56,573 nt of DNA. Origin: Prorocentrum cordatum. Its lineage: Eukaryota. The position numbers and the translations under genes are program-made. The stretch is taken from positions 62,001-118,573 of the forward strand of contig CAUYUJ010000084.1 in NCBI GenBank assembly GCA_963575745.1, in the 5' to 3' direction. A model generated the notes under the pieces. The model searched no databases and had not been told where the DNA came from. It was given only the letters and a program-made list of their open reading frames with translations. Below, one piece after another: positions 37,065 through 50,838 of this stretch; position 1 is the stretch's first letter; each line of letters begins with the position of its first letter.

Positions 37065-37435
37065 AATGAACATGAAAGTAACAATAATGATGGTACTAGT
37101 TAAAAAACAAGGGTAATCGTAGCGCTAGTAATAACAGTACTACTAACGACCAGAAGAGTAGTAATTGTTATAATCATTCGACGAAATACAATCATCATCA
37201 TACTCATAACCATGATCGTAGTAACTGTATTGATTATCATAAACAGACTAATGTTCGAAAGAAATAATGATGATATATCACTCGTACTTTGATTGGAATG
37301 AGTATCACTACTTGTTCTTAGTTCCAGTATCAGTAGTTGGATTCGTATTCATATTCGTACTATCATGTTCATTCGTGTTCCTATGTGTACTACCATTGGT
37401 GACATTATAATTCTTAGTATGGTTCTCATTTCTAC
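37065..37435. repeat. AT-rich decayed (TAA/TAG)-type microsatellite
   Basis: Sharp low-GC island of TAA/TAG/CAT-like triplets. Confidence 0.6.
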
Positions 37436-39382
37436 AAAAACGAGCTCCAGCGCAACGCCCGATCGGCCCATGGCCAGGCCTGAAACAGCGGGAAAAAGCA
37501 CACACGGCGGCCACATGTTCGGAATGTCCCCGGGAAGCCAGACAAAAGAACACAGCGTAGCAATACAGGAATTCAATCAGCCCACCCATCGCTGCCTTGG
37601 CCTCCCACGCCGCCGATGAGGAGTTGTTAATTTTGACCAGGGTTGTGCCCCCGTGCCCATGTTTTTTCCGTTTCCGAGTCGGGCGGGCCGATCCTCGGCG
37701 CGGAGGAGGGGCCCGGGTTCCCAGCGCGTCGGGAACCTACTTCGAGTGCTCTTCACAGCAGCTCCGGGCGACCAGCAGGCCTCTCCCAGGCCGCGGGACC
37801 GGCAAGCCGCGTCTCGGGGTGAAGACGAGCCTGCCGTGGGGAGAGCCCAGAGGACTTCTGGGCGGGGCCCTCGCCTGGGGCCTCCCGGAGGCCTCTCGTC
37901 GCCACGGCCGGGCCCGCCTCGCGATTCGGGCCGTGGCGCGCCTCAGGACGGGTCCAGTCCGTTAAGACGGAGGTGGTATGGAGAGGTGCTGGTGTGTCTC
38001 GGCTGATCCAGCGAGCGGTTTCTGCATGGTGACACAGCGGAAACAGATTTTTCACCGATTTCGCAGCACCTGATTTTCTCACATTTTTCATGCAATTCAG
38101 TGTTTTCCTGGATTTTCAGGCTGTCCATGAGTGGCTGCCTTTTTAACCAATCCGGGGGAAGGCGGGGAGGGTCGGGGCTCCCGGGCGTGCAGGATGCTTT
38201 GGCTAATGATTGCGGGGCAAGGCGTCCTGGAGTTTCGCTGCAGTGTGCGGCCCCTGGCCGCCCTTCTGGGGCGCGCAGCGGCCACAAGGACAGCCCAGGA
38301 TGAAACAGGTGCCCCTGGGGGGACGTCTTCGGGCACCAGGACCGTGAGGTAGTTAATCATCTGCGACGAGCGCCGAGTAGCGACCTCCCAAGGGAAGGTT
38401 GGACCTCCATGCCAGAGTCGTTCATTTTCTGCTGGCGTTTCTGTGCTCTTCCAAAACGCAGGCTCGACCTTTGGGATGAAGGCCTTCGACCTTCTGGGGG
38501 AAGCCAGGCCTGGGGACGGCGTCGGGAGGCCCTGGGGCCCCCAGTGCTCACGTCGTGAAAGTCAGCGACACCAGCGCAAGCACCTCGTCTCGGCGGCGAG
38601 CCCGTGGAGGGAAGTAAGGAAAAGAAGGCCTTCTCAGAAGGCTTGGCAGTCCCCCGGCCTTCCGAGAAGTGTTCCAAGCCTTTCCCAAAGACACGAGAAG
38701 CCTCTCAGAAGGCCGGAGGCCTCTGAGAAGCTCCGCCGCCTTCCGAGAAGGCCTTATTTTTCGTATGGTTATTTTTCTTCTGATTCTTCTCCTCGCCCCC
38801 CCTCGCTCGCCGCCGGACCTCGTCGACCTCCGCCGATGCCGACCGGAGCCCCCTCGCGGCCTGGCGCACACGGCGCCACAGTGTCGAGGCACGCAGCGCA
38901 GCAGAAGCGCAGGCTCTCGGGCGGTCCGCGCGGGCTCCTCGGGTCGGCGCCGGCCGCGCCGCCGGCGCCGCCGCCCCGTTGGCGCGCCCCGTGCGCCGAA
39001 GGGGCTGCGGAGTCCAGCGCCGACCGCAGAGAGCCGCGCGCACCTCGAAGTCGGGCACGTCCCCCTAAAGAGGAGTGTCCAAAAGTACAATAGTCTGGGG
39101 ACGATTTGTCGACTATGTTTGACCATTTGGGGATATTTTTTGACTATGTTCTGTTTTTCGTCCAAAATCTACCTGTAGGGGGACATGCCCAACATGTGGC
39201 GACCGCGCGCCAAATCCATGGATCGCTAATCCATGTTTGCGCGTCCCCGAGACAGCCGCACGCACCTCCGAGAGTTCCTGCCTGCGCCGTTTTTTTTGTT
39301 TCTGCCGCAAGCTCGGCTTTGGCGTCCCTCTCTCCTCTCGTTCTCTTCCTCCTCCTGCGCTGCTCAGTGTTACTGGCGCCCT

Positions 39383-39461
39383 CCCCGCCGACTTGGGCGG
39401 GATGGATGGATGAACCTTTCAAGGCGCTGTTCATCCATCCATCCCGCCCAAGTCGGCGGGG
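39383..39461. repeat. Perfect 33-bp inverted repeat with 13-nt loop
   Basis: CCCCGCCGACTTGGGCGGGATGGATGGATGAAC (39383-39415) and its exact reverse complement (39429-39461). Confidence 0.95.
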
Positions 39462-41140
39462 TCGAACGATATCCCAGTATAATCAGGCTCTCCCTGAGGT
39501 CCGACGTGGCGAACACAGCGCACAGTCGTGAAAGGTCACGTCCTGGACCCTGGACCCCAACCTTCGCCGCGTCTTGAGTCGGTTCGATCCGTAAGGGTCA
39601 CGGTCGCCCGAATCTGGACGAGGGCAGCCAGCGTGAAACAAATGCGACGCCAGGGTACGGTAGGTTCATGCCGTGTCGACGCGGCTGCGACCACAGCGCC
39701 GGGCTGAACACCGCCGGTTGCCCAGAGTCGACCAACATGGAACGATCCAGGGGTCGAAACATCGCCGATCTTTGAAGACTGAACGGTCCAGCGATGGGAA
39801 GACGAAATTTTGCAAGTTGTTCCTGACCGCGTGCGGCTACACCTACCTACACTGCGACGCCACCCGGTCGCACAACCCCCGCCCCCTGCGTTTCAAATGT
39901 TGGTTTGAAGCGAGCGCTCCAAGTCTGGGTGAACAAGATAATGTAAGTCAACATTAAAACGTGTGCGGGGGGAGTGCATCTGAGATCGATGGAATCTGAT
40001 CCAAATTGGCACGCTGTTTCTCATAATGCTCAGATAACTTGCGATTTTTCGTCCACCCACTGAAGCGGCATCAGAAACCCACACCGAAGGTGTCACGACG
40101 CGAGTCTGCCGTACCTCCGCGACTTCCGCTACGGACATTTGAGCCCCTGGCGGCCGTCAGCTCACCGCACTCCAGGGCGCTCCTTGGCAAGCGTGCGCCA
40201 GCGCCAACTTTGTTCCGTCGGCGGCGAGGCGGAGGCGATCCGCACCAGCGTCGGGCTAACTGGCGTGCAAGAAGAGAACGTGGAGGAGAAGAGGGCGGCC
40301 GAGAGGGGGGAGAAGGAAGGAGGCGCTCAGACGCGGAAGAATTCCGTGGTGAGCGGGACCAGAGCGGCCAGTCAGTGCAGCGGGGTCGCTGCAGCAGCGT
40401 GCCTGCGCCAACGCATCTTTTCTGGATCGCCTGGGGGCGCAGCTTCTCAGTATCGTTTAACCGACCCCCATTCCCATCCTCATCCCCTTCGAGACCCCCA
40501 CCAAATTACCACCCCAGCTGGGGATACAGCCCTCGAAACCCGAAGGGAACGGCCTATATCCCCATCTAGGGGGGTAAATCGGCCAGTGGGGCCCAGGCCA
40601 CGCCGCTGGGGATGGGGGTTGGACAAACGATGCTCAGCTTCCCCAGCGGCAGGTGTGGAGAAGACGCCAGACCCTGAGATCTGGGTGTTGCAACTTTTCG
40701 CACCGGGCGCGCTCGGCCAGCTTCGGGCCCTGGGACCATCAGACTACAGATCGACCCGGCTCACAGGGTACCGCACAAAGGTGGGGTCGAGGGCTCCAGT
40801 CGTGATTTCCCGCGACGTTGCAATCTTTTTCGCAACGACGGATCTCAGGGGAGCGGTTCCCGCGACGTCGGAGTTGGGGCGAGGGGGTCACCCCATCTTC
40901 TTTACAAGAGGGTTCTGTGTGGCAGTGAACGCAAACCATGAAGGTTCGACTTCCATTCTGGAGGCGTTTTTGTTCCTCCATTCTGAAGTCTGTGTCCTCC
41001 ATTCTGGAGGCTTCTGGAGATCCTGGATTCTCTGGGCAACTGTCCATACCCACGTCTTCGTCTTTGGCTCAGCTTTCCCTGGCGCCCTCTGCCTTGCGCC
41101 TCAGCTTTCTGACCGCTCCCCCCACCAGCCGCCCTGCCAG

Positions 41141-41229
41141 GGGTTCCTGGCGTGCCGCCATCACTTCTTGTACGAGCAGCGGCTCATCATAGGGGCACTG
41201 TACTTGGTGGGCATTGCGCTGTTCTGCTG
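41141..41229 (+). CDS. RCE1: RCE1 exon (GFLACRHHFLYEQRLIIGALYLVGIALFC[W])
   Basis: Final TM helix with YLVG pattern; CAG|G acceptor, G|GA donor, phase 2. Confidence 0.88.
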
Positions 41230-42478
41230 GAGCCCATTTTATGTGCGTACATGTCGGGCGGCGAAATCTATACGTATCCACTGCTCCCTGGGCAGGCCCA
41301 TCCTGAACCCAGGAGCTGTGTAGACGTCCTCCCGGGCCAGCCAGGAGGGCGTGGCGTAACATCGCTGCTGGGCTCAGGACAGGCCTGGCCAGGGAGCAGT
41401 GGACATTCAGAGCTCTCGTCGCCCCATGATGTGCGCACGTGCTGGCTGCTTCTTTGCCTCGCTGGCCCACGCGTGCAGGTCTTGCTTCATGATGTCCCAA
41501 CCTGCCTTTAGCCTCGACCATCAGAAAGAATTTCGAGCGCCAAACAACAGGTACCGAAACTCTAGGGTCTTCAGGTGTCGGGCCCTGGGAGGCACCCGCC
41601 CGACACGGCTTCGACACTCTCCCGACACTCCTCCGGGTGGTCCTCAGGCACGATGGGAGCAACAGAAGTCCCGCGCCCCTCTCCCGACACCGGGGCGCGT
41701 GTCGGGCCCGCGGCCTCGGCCGGGGCCTCGGCCCTCGGGCGGGTATGTAGCACGAAGGAGGCGTCGACCGCAGGGGCGTGTGTCGCAGGGGCGTCGGCGG
41801 GATTCGTGTTCGGGGGAGGCACTATTAGGGTAGCGGGCGGGAGAGCCGGTGGAGCACTGAGTCGTTCTTACGGTATAGGCGTCGGAAGAGGACGGGATCG
41901 AATACCTTCATCCTGGAAGTCGAGCCTCGATTCTGTGGGGGGGAGAACTCCAGAGTGCGTAACTACCCGTCGGTCGTCGAAAGTCGGCGGTATTTTCGGA
42001 TGCCCAAGTCCCAATCTACTGTAGGCGCCTGCCTACTTCAAGAACTCGAGTGGTGCTCCCTCTGCCCTCCCTCTCAGGGGACTGGCGGTGCCGTTCCACT
42101 AGTTCCGACCGAAGGGTACGCCTGAACATTCATTATGGCGGTTTTCGATCCTCCAGGGAGGGTGTCCCTGTGACCTGGAAAGGCGTTGTCTGCCGCAGCT
42201 CACGCCCATGGGTATTTGCCAGAGCCCTTGACTTAGAGCGCGCAAGGACGACTCCTTGGCGCGCGCGAGGGTGTCCAGTAGGCTGGAGCACCCGGGGTGC
42301 CTGCCTGGACGCCCCCCTCGAGTACCCGAAGGTGCTTGCCAGGACGCTTCAGGGGCATCCAGACGGCGCCTTTTTGAGATCCCTCCCAGGATCCACCCTG
42401 GCCAGTTTTTCCACATCGGATCGATCAATGATGGTCTTGGGGCCCAAAGCGGACCCCCAGAGGTGGAAATTGTCGTCT

Positions 42479-42595
<117 letters not shown>

Positions 42596-42649
42596 TCGTT
42601 GTCGCCATCGTCGTCGCCGCCGTCGTCGTCGTCGGCGGCTGTTCTCCAG

Positions 42650-42692
42650 GCTGATCGGCCCCATCACGGCCGGCTTCGACTCCACCTTCGTG
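42650..42692 (+). CDS. RCE1: RCE1 exon ([W]LIGPITAGFDSTFV), 3' boundary uncertain
   Basis: CAG|G acceptor restores the TGG codon; LxxPxT pattern like the RCE1 C-terminus; possible G|GC donor at 42693; stop-codon exon not identified. Confidence 0.7.
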
Positions 42693-43714
42693 GCCCCAGC
42701 AGCCTTGGTCGGGAGGCGCTCGCAGCGCAGCCGTCTCGACCCCCGCCGCCGCTGCGGCTGCATGCGGCTGCCGTCGCCGTCGGCCTCGGCCTGCACGGGC
42801 TGCCCTCCGCCCTCCGCCCGCGAGAACCGCCACTGGGCGACAACGAGGAGGCTCCGGCAAGAACCCAGGAGGGCTCCGCGACGCCTCAGGAGGCGCTCGG
42901 AAGGCCCCACGAGGGGCCCCACGAGGCCCCCCCTCCCCAGGCCCCAGGACGCTCCACGAGGAGGAGGAGGAGGAGGAGGAGGAGGAGGAGGAGGAGGAGG
43001 AGGAGGAGGAGGAGGGAGGAGAGAGGAGGGAGAAGGAAGGAGGGAGGAGGAGGAGGGGAGGGAGGGAGGAGGGAGGAGGGAGGGAGGGAGGAGGAGGGAG
43101 GAGGAGAGGAGGAGGGAGGAGGGAGGGAGGGAGGAGGGAGGAGGGAGGGAGGAGGGAGGAGGGAGGGAGGGAGGAGGAGGAGGAGGAGGAGGAGGAGGAG
43201 GAGGAAGGAGGTGTGGAGGAGGAGGAGCAGGAGGAGTAGGAGGAGGTGTGGAGGAGGAGGAGCAGGAGGAGCAGGAGGAGGTGTGGAGGAGGAGGAGCAG
43301 GAGGAGGAGGAGGAGGAGGAGGAGGAGGAGGCGCGCGTTGCAGATTCAAAACGAGGGCCCAAATCACATGGGAGGGTTTGGGAACAGTACAAAGTGATCA
43401 CGGGGTGTCCGAGCACAATCCAGAGTTCGCGACTGAGTGCATGTTCTATTGCTTTGATTTCCTTAGTTGAGACGGCAAGTGGGCGCCATCCCGCAGTTCA
43501 GAGGCGAGCCCAGGGTCTGCCCGGTTTCTTGGTCTTGGTGTTCTTGTTGCTTAGCCTCGGTTCCCCAGTCTCGCTCCGCGGGTTCCCCGGCCTTTTTTCG
43601 GTTCCACTGTGTGTTCTTGCCTCGGGTTCCCTGGTCCTGTTCCTTGGATCATTTGGTCTTGTTCCTTGGGGTCTTTGGTCTTTCAACATGCCAAGCACTG
43701 GTGAGCGCTGCGGA

Positions 43715-44005
43715 GCAATGTCAAGCAACGCCAAATGCCAATCAATGCAAAGCAAAGCAATGCCAAGCAACGGCCAAACAACGCCAAGGAAGGACAAACA
43801 ATATCAGACAGCGCCAAACCATACCAACCAGCATCAAACAAAGCCAAGCAGTGCCAAACCATACCAGACACGCCAAGTAGTGCCAAGCAATGCCAAGCAA
43901 TGCCATGCAAATCAGTGAAAAGCCATGCGAGGCAACGATTACAAGCCAAGAGACGCCAATCAATGCAAACCAATGCCAAGCCACGCCAACAAACGCCAAG
44001 CAATT
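43715..44005. repeat. Degenerate GCCAAGCAAT 10-bp minisatellite
   Basis: Recurrent (A)ATGCCAAGCA/ATACCA units. Confidence 0.8.
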
Positions 44006-44197
44006 CTTCACGCTCCTCGTATCCCCACCAGCCCGTCCAGAAACGTTGCCCATACTCAGAGCTGATGGGGAAAGGGACAAAGAGACGCATATAGTGAAAC
44101 AAAGCGAGCAGCCAGGATGAACAGAGATATGTCTGGGAGCAAGGGGATGGCCTTGGAGGGCCTCTTCGTGCCATCCCTGAGTCCCGCGGGGGTGAGG

Positions 44198-44475
44198 GGA
44201 TGATGGTGATGATGATGGTGATGATGATGGTGATGATGGTGGTGATGATGGTGATGCTGATGCTGATGCTGATGATGATGATGCTTCTGATGATGATGAT
44301 GGTATGATGATGATGATGAAGATGATGATGATGGTGGTGATGATGATGATGACGATGACGATGACGATGATGATGATGATGATGATGGTGATGGTGATGG
44401 TGATGATGATGCTGATGCTGATGCTGATGCTGATTATGATGCTGATGCTGATGCTGATGCTGATGCTGATGCTGC

Positions 44476-44516
<41 letters not shown>

Positions 44517-44537
44517 CTGATGATGATGATGATGATG

Positions 44538-44579
<42 letters not shown>

Positions 44580-44720
44580 GTGATGATGCTGATGCTGATG
44601 CTGATGATGAGGATGAGGATGAGGATGAGGATGAGGATGAGGATGAGGATGAGGATGAGGATGAGGATGAGGATGAGGAGGAGGAGGAGGAGGAGGAGGA
44701 GGAGGAGGCGGAGGAGGAAG
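44198..44720. repeat. (GAT)n grading through (GATGAG)n into (GAG)n
   Basis: Direct reading. Confidence 0.95.
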
Positions 44721-44739
44721 AGGAGAAGGAGGCAACCCA

Positions 44740-45300
44740 CCTCTTGGGGCCCTCGTGGGACGCTCTCGGGGCGCGAGTTGGAGCTCCTGGGGCCGTCTTG
44801 GGGCCCTATTGGGGCCTCTTGGGGCCCTCTTAAGAGCCCTGTAAGGCCTCTTGGGGGCATCCTATAGGGCGTCGACCGAAGAGAGGGGGTGGTGTTCGAA
44901 TTCTGTCCCCCCCCCCCTCTGGGCCTCCCAAATCGCATCTTGGGGCCCTCTTTGAGCGCTCTTGGGCCGTTTGGGGGCGCTCCTGGAGCTGTGTGGGGGG
45001 CCTCTTGGGCCGCTCTTGGGCCTCTCCTGGGCCATCTTGCGGCCTCAAAGAAGCATCGGAAGCAAAAAGGCGAGAAGCCAATAATCGATGATTGCTCTAA
45101 GATTTTTGCAGGAGTTTGGCCCACCAGGGGGGGTCCTCGTGGGGGCTCCGAGAGCACTTGGAAACGTTTTGTGGCCTTCGTCGGGCCTCTTGGAGGTATG
45201 TCGGAAGCCATATTGAGCCATCTTCGGCTGTCTTGATCCATCTTGGAGGCCGTCTTGAAGCATCGAACGCCCTCTTGGAGTCATCTTGGTGGGCGAAAGA
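44740..45300. repeat. GGGCC(G/T)CTTG-family dispersed repeat
   Basis: Same units and orientation as 5670-6160. Confidence 0.8.
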
Positions 45301-46373
45301 AGGACAGTTTGCCAACTCGCCGCCAGGGAGGGGAGGGGGAGGGTACTTCTCCCCGAAGAGAAGAAGGTGTTTTGGAAGAGGAAATAACGATATCTTTAGG
45401 CCGCCTTAGCCCAAAGGGCGGGTGGGATTTCAAGAAATGGCGCGCAACGATTCCACACAAAGCCCAGCGATGCGAAGAACTGCCAAGCAACGCTTTGCAT
45501 TGCATTGCATTGCTCTGCACTGCTCTGAACTGCTTTGCATTGCCCTGGCCCTCATCGGGTTCGCACCGGGCTCGTTTTGACGAGGACGGTGGGGGCGGTC
45601 GTCGGCTCTGGCGGTTCTGGCGGCATTGGCCCTGGTTGGGGCCCGAGCAAGTCGGCGAGTGTGTGCTTGCCAACGAGGAGCAGCGATGGGCTCCCCGAAG
45701 CGGAAGAGGAGGCGCGGACGAGGAAGCGCCCTGACTTCGGCTGGAGAGCTGGCAGGACTTCGGCCCTCGACGCTCGTTCTTCCCTACCTTCCCGTCGCGG
45801 CGACGGTCGCTCGGGTGCGCTCCCCTGGCGCGCGCGCGGGCGAGGAAAGAGGGAGGAGGAGGGAGCAGGATGGAGGAGGGATGGGACGAGGGAGGGGGGG
45901 AGAGAGGGGAGGAGGGGGGGGCGAGGGGGGGAGGCGGGAGCAGGAAATGGATGAGGAGGCGGGAGGAGGGAGGGAAGGAGGAGGAGGAGGAAGAGGAGGA
46001 GGAGGAGGAGGAGGAGGAGGAGGACGAGGAGGAAGAAGAGGAGGAGGAGGAGGAGGAGGAGGAGGCGGAGGCGGAGGCGGAGGAGCAGGCGGAGGCACAA
46101 GCGGAGGCGGAGGCGGAGGCGGAGGCGGAGACGCAGGCCGAGGCGGAGGCGGAGGCGGAGGTGGAGGCGGAGGCGAAGGCGGAGGCGGAGGCGAAGGCGG
46201 AGGCGGAGGCGGAGGCGGCGGAGGCGGAGGCGGAGGCGGCGGAGGAGGAGGAGGAGGAAGAGGGAGGAGGGAGGGAAGGAGGGAGGAGGGAGGAGGGAGG
46301 GGGGAGGAGGGAGGGGGGAGGAGGGAGAACGGAGAAGGGGAGGAGAGGAGGGAAGGGGAGGAGAGGAGGAGGA

Positions 46374-46404
<31 letters not shown>

Positions 46405-46879
46405 GAGGAGGAGGAGGAGGAGGAGGAGGAGGAGGAGGAGGAGGGACAGAGTACGTAAGTCCAAGATGCAGCAACGATGTTTCAAGCAACACGCCCATCC
46501 GTCTCAGTTCCTTGTTCACTCCGGGAAGTGCCACCAGTGAAAGATGAGCGCCCCCCGTCGTCCTGCAGTTCAGGCAAGAGCCCTGTCTTTACCAGGAGCT
46601 GCCGTCCGTGCTCCTGGCTACGTGTGAGGACTGCGGCGAGGCAGGATCACGACCTTCGAGCCGACTAGCTGTCCAGCGAGAGCTCCGCTTTGAAAAAGGA
46701 GCGCCCCGTGCAGATGTTTTACCTACACATCAGGTTATAACATGCAATGACGTCTCAAGCGAGATCCCCAGCTTGGAAAGGAGCCGCCCTCCATGCGAGT
46801 AGCTATTGCGCAGTGTCATATGGTTATGGCTCACCAAGCTGATGGCGAAAGCGTTGATCGTAGGCGAAAGCTTTCTTAG

Positions 46880-47455
46880 AAAACGAGCCGCCCTCCGTCC
46901 GCGTAAGTGCTGTATAATGTTACAGCGAATGTGCGCGGCGCTAAGGCAACGGCCACATGTTTTAAACAATCCATCCATCCGTGTAATTCTTGGGGTTTCA
47001 AGCTTCGGGGCCATAGGCGGCGAGGACGTCTCAGGCGAAGCTGCTTTGTTGGCGAAAGTGCGGGGCGCTAAGGCGAGAGTCACGTGTTCAGAAGGAATGC
47101 CGTTCCGTTTGTGTAGCTGGTGTAATTTGTTAAGACGACCGTGCACGGCGCTAAAGTGAGAGCCACATCATACAACAAATAACGACCCCACGCTCCATCC
47201 GTGTACTTGTTAGAAGCGTAGACACATGTGTGCGGTGTTAAGGCGAGAGCCACATCTTGAAAACTGCCGCCCTACATCCGTGTAACTGTTGGAAGTGTTT
47301 CAGACGAGTGTGCATGGCGCTAAGGCGAGCACCACATGTTGAAAACGCCCCCTCTCCATCCGTGTAACTGTTGTAAATGTCAGGCTTCGGGGCCATAAAC
47401 AGGGAGGAAGTCTCAGGCGACACGTCTGGTCCGCCCAACCGACACGTCTGGTGGA
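46880..47455. repeat. About 82-bp satellite-bearing element, second copy
   Basis: GTGCGCGGCGCTAAGGCGAGAGCCACAT units; homologous to 17590-18040. Confidence 0.8.
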
Positions 47456-50224
47456 CAGATGAGGAGGATGAGGCAGGAGGAGGGTGAGGAGGAGGAGGGT
47501 GAGGAGGAGGAGGAGGAGGCGGAGGAGGAGGAGGAGGAGGAGAAGGAGGAGGAGGAGAGAGGGAGGAGGAGAGAGGGAGGAGGAGAGAGGGAGGAGGGAG
47601 GAGGAGAGAGGGAGGAGGAAGGATGACGAGGAGGATGGGGGAAGGGCGGGAGGAAGGGGGGGATGATGATGGTGATGATGATGGTGATGGTGATGGTTCC
47701 GGTTATGGTGATTACGATGGGCATGGTGGTGATGATGGTCATGGTGATGATGATGGTGATGACGAGGATGAAGAGGAAGGATTATGATGTTGATGCTGAT
47801 GCTCATGCTGATGGTGATGGTGATGGTGACGGTGGTGGCGATGGTGATCCCCTAGGCGGCGGCGGCGGCGGCGGCGGCGGCCGCCCTCCCCGGCGGCAGG
47901 TGACGACGCCATCTGGGGCCGGAGGAGCCGACGGCCCAGGGGATGTCGGCCGACTCTCCAGGGCGGCCAGGCGACCGCCCGCTCCCCGGCCGGGAGCCTC
48001 CCCTCTCGCCAGAGGGCCGCGCCAGTGGCGGAGGGCGAGGGGTAGGAGGGAGGAGGGAGGAGAGAGGGAGGGAGGGAGGGAGGGAGGGAGGGAGGGAGGA
48101 GGAGCAGGAGGAGGAGGAGAGGAGTAATAAGAAGAACAATTAGAAGAAGAAGAAGAAGAGGACGAATGATAGAAGGAGGAGGAGGAGGAGGAAGAGGAGG
48201 AGGAGGAGTGGGAGCAGGAGGGCGGAAGACGAGTGGGAGCACGGAAGAGGCGTGCTTCAAGGGTCAGGGGAGAGTTGCTCTCGATTTGATCGCTGCCTTT
48301 AAGGCGAGGGAGGTCAACTTCTCGTGTCCGCCTCAGGCTGCGGTGCAGGAGGGCGGAAAAGGAGCAGGGGGAGGGGGAGGGATGATGGAAGGAAAGGGGT
48401 GAGGAGGAGAGTGGGGGAGGGCGGAGGGTGGAGGGCGGAGGGCGGAGATCGAGGAGCAGGAGCAGGAGGAGGGGAAGACGGGAGGAGGAGGGAGGAGGGA
48501 GGGAGGGGGGAGGAGGGAGAAGGAGGGGAAGGATGAGGAGATGGTCGGAGGGAGGAGGAGGAGGAGGAGGAGGAGGAGGAGGAGAAGGAGGAGGAGGAGG
48601 AGGAAAGGGGGGAGGAGAAGGGGAGGAGAAGGAGCAGGAGTTGGAGGAGGATTAAAATGGATGTAGAGGGCAGGTGGATGAAGATCCTCTCTCTTTCTTC
48701 CTTCCTCCCTCCCTCCTTCCTGCTCTCCCTCATACTCCCTGATCCCTGCTTTTCATCCCTCCTCCGTCCCAAGACACCCTCTCGCCACGAACAACAATCA
48801 CGTCAGAATGTGTTTGCCAGTCCTCTGCCTCCGGAGGTGCCTTTCGTATCGGGCCCCAGGGCCGTGCAGAACAAGACGGTCTGGCAGAGAACAGAACGGC
48901 CCCGGGGGAACGCTGTCCCAAGGTCCACGTTGTAAGGACAAACGCGACGCGGGGGCTCTTGGTCTTTGCCCTCATCCACCCCTCCCCCTCTCGTCCTTTG
49001 TCCATCCTCGGGCCCAGGCGGGGACTTGGATGATTCAATCGGCTTGCGCCGGTCCGCCGACCCCCAGAGGGAGTGAGAGCGCGGTGAAGACCGCCGCACG
49101 ATGCAGCTGAGATAGTTTCACACGCGCAGAATTTGAGACGCCTCGAGCCACCTTGGGAAGAAGAGGGGCGTCTTCGAGGCCTCTTGGGCCGTCTGGAGGC
49201 CAGCTCTGGTGTTTTTGAGGCCTCCGCGGCGTGTTGGAGTCCAGCTTGAGCTAGCCCACCTGGCATCTCAAGGATCCTGGAGGCCACGGATCGTACTGTT
49301 GGGGGCTCCAGAGGCCCCGGGGGGCGCCGGGGAGCCCGACCCCCCCCCTCAAACGGCATTGAAACCTGGGAGGGGGGGAAAGAGGGAGAGGGACAGCCAC
49401 ACGTCGCACACGCCTTCTCACCCCAGGCAAGCGGGGGCCGGCGGATACCCCAGGGGGGCAGTTCACCAGCAGCGCATTTGTGGGGTTGGGGTGGAATTTT
49501 GGAATCATCCATCTTCCGTTTCCGCTCGTCCTCTCCTCCCCTCGGCCTTCTTCTTTCTGCTGGATGCTGTCTCAGCCCCGAAACGCTCCTTCCCCATCCC
49601 CCGCGGAGTTCATACAACCGTTTGTGTGTAGCTGCGCGCTTTGCGTCGCCGCCAAGCCGGCTGGTCTGGCAGCCATACAGGGCTTTCGTAGCCTTTCTGG
49701 CCCATTAGCACAAGGCTGCTGTTTGCGCTTCGACTCCTTGCGTTGAACTTCCACTCCGCGGGTTCGTTGGCCGCTGCATCCTGGCTTTACAGCGCCTCAT
49801 TTTTTCCACCGCTAATCTGCATGGCCGTGGCTGGATTTCTTCACCATGGCGGGTCCGATTAAGTTTTTTCGCAATTGGCACCTCCACCTGCCGATTTAAA
49901 GTGTGTATCTATGTACAACTGTATGTGTTTTGTATGTTCTTTCTTCGGTGTGTGTACATGTATATTTATATGCAAAATTATGGTTTGTGATTAACGGTGT
50001 GCGTATGTGTGACAGTCGTATGTCTGAATAACGTTGCAATGAACGTTTCCATGGGTTCCTTTTTGCGGGGGATAATTGATGTATTCCTTCGTCACAGAGT
50101 ACCGAACTGATTTTTTCCCCGACAATCCTGTGGTGTTGGGTCCTCGTTTTGAAGAGACGGTCCCCGCGTTCCTCCTTCCCTCCTTCTCCCCCTCCTCCTC
50201 CCTCCTCTATCATTATCGTCATCA

Positions 50225-50805
50225 CCCGTTTCAGAACATCCGTCACACGTTTCGTGGCACCATAGAGAATTCTTCCGAAGGTCCACATGGCAGCGTTCGC
50301 ATGCGCCCGCCGCATTCATGCCGGCACACCCTTCACACGGTTCGTGACCCCATAGGGAGCTCCACCGAAGGCCCCAGTGGCTGTATTCGCGTGCGCCCGC
50401 CGCACCAATTTTGGCACATCCTCACACGTTCCGTGTCCTTGTAGGGAGCTCCACCGAAGGCCCCAATTGCTGCGTTCGCATGCGCCCGCCATCAATTTCG
50501 GCACACCCCTCACACGTTTCGTGGCTCTATGAGGAGCCCCACTGGATGCCCCAGTGGCTGCGGTCACATGCGCCCGCCGCACACACTTGGGCACACCCAT
50601 CACACGTTTCGTGGCCCCGTAGGGAGTTCCACCGAAGGCCCCAGTGGCTGGCTGCGTTCGCATGCGCCCGCCGCACCTGTTTTGGCACATCCTCACACGT
50701 TTCGTGGCTCCATAGGGAGTTCCACTGAAGGCCCCAGTGGCTACGTTCGCATGCGCCCGCCGCGCCCTTTTCGTCACACCTTTCACACGTTTCGTGGCTC
50801 CGTAA
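50225..50805. repeat. About 90-bp tandem satellite, about 6.5 copies
   Basis: CACACGTTTCGTGG anchors at 50244, 50334, 50423, 50511, 50601, 50694, 50784. Confidence 0.93.
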
Positions 50806-50838
50806 TCCAATAGCCCTTATAACGGCGACGATGGAACA

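Noticed and set aside
40139..41323. 394-aa ORF as a standalone gene
   Set aside because: Only 41141-41229 is recognisably protein-like, and it is an RCE1 exon; the rest is intron read-through.
42693..48400. Terminal RCE1 exon candidates
   Set aside because: Several AG|G sites, but none with supporting homology.
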